Shown in pieces: positions 50,450 through 50,648 of a stretch of 50,648 nt of DNA; position 1 is the stretch's first letter, and each line of letters begins with the position of its first letter. This stretch comes from Bigelowiella natans CCMP2755 (taxonomy: Eukaryota; Protista; Cercozoa). The position numbers and the translations under genes are program-made. The notes below the pieces were generated by a model. The model was not told where the DNA came from. It saw nothing but the letters and a program-made list of their open reading frames with translations, and ran no database searches. The stretch is taken from contig ADNK01002090.1 in assembly GCA_000320545.1 (NCBI GenBank), positions 1 through 50,648 of the forward strand. The letters run 5' to 3'.

Positions 50450-50648
50450 CTCTCTCTGTGTGTTCTTTGTGTATGAGTTTGTGTTTATGCAAATGCTTTT
50501 ATTCAAGAAAGTGGAAGATAGATATATGAACCGCTCTCCTCGCATTGCATGATGATACTACGGTTTCAAAAACATAGGTCCGGTGTGCAGGGTAGAAGTC
50601 TGAATGTAATAGGCAGGACTTTTCAAAGGAATATGTAAGAAATCTCCT
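47648..50648 (+). CDS. Secreted or surface NHL-repeat beta-propeller protein, multi-exon, probably continuing past the window end
   Basis: Signal-like start MLWVFGLLLGSAYLRSLA. Exons GWIDGALTS|ARFNLPKGIAIDP..IIYAAEE|GNYGVRRID..VTTFTGN|..DGPVSVARFGQPY..LYLSEK|ANHGIRTID..DGPLGSALF..LYLADT are typical NHL units. Confidence 0.82.

Overview
Eukaryotic nuclear DNA from a gene-dense, intron-rich, microsatellite-laden protist genome. A chlorarachniophyte-like alga is my low-confidence guess, from intron style and one apparent bipartite targeting peptide. Most of the ORF track is microsatellite noise; the real genes are mostly multi-exon and were assembled by hand. In order: RluA/RPUSD2-type pseudouridine synthase (-), intron-containing tRNA-Tyr(GTA), orphan 7TM protein (+), six-EF-hand protein (-), multipass membrane protein with a duplicated exon pair (+), CSN6 (-) head-to-head with intronless PRP19 (+), intronless ACSBG-type acyl-CoA synthetase with an MGCGSS start (+), divergent Arf-like GTPase (-), UPF0187/VCCN bestrophin-like channel (-), a spliced AP2 x2 + Cys/His motif x3 + WD40 fusion (-), and a partial secreted NHL-repeat protein (+). 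The most striking signal is in three intergenic islands that share repeat sequence. There TpA survives almost only as CTA or TAG: 71 of 78 by my hand count. CA/TG-rich product-like words are abundant. This looks like a targeted, context-specific TA->TG/CA hypermutation process, the reverse of fungal RIP. Exon boundaries and counts are manual and unverified by RNA-seq or database search.
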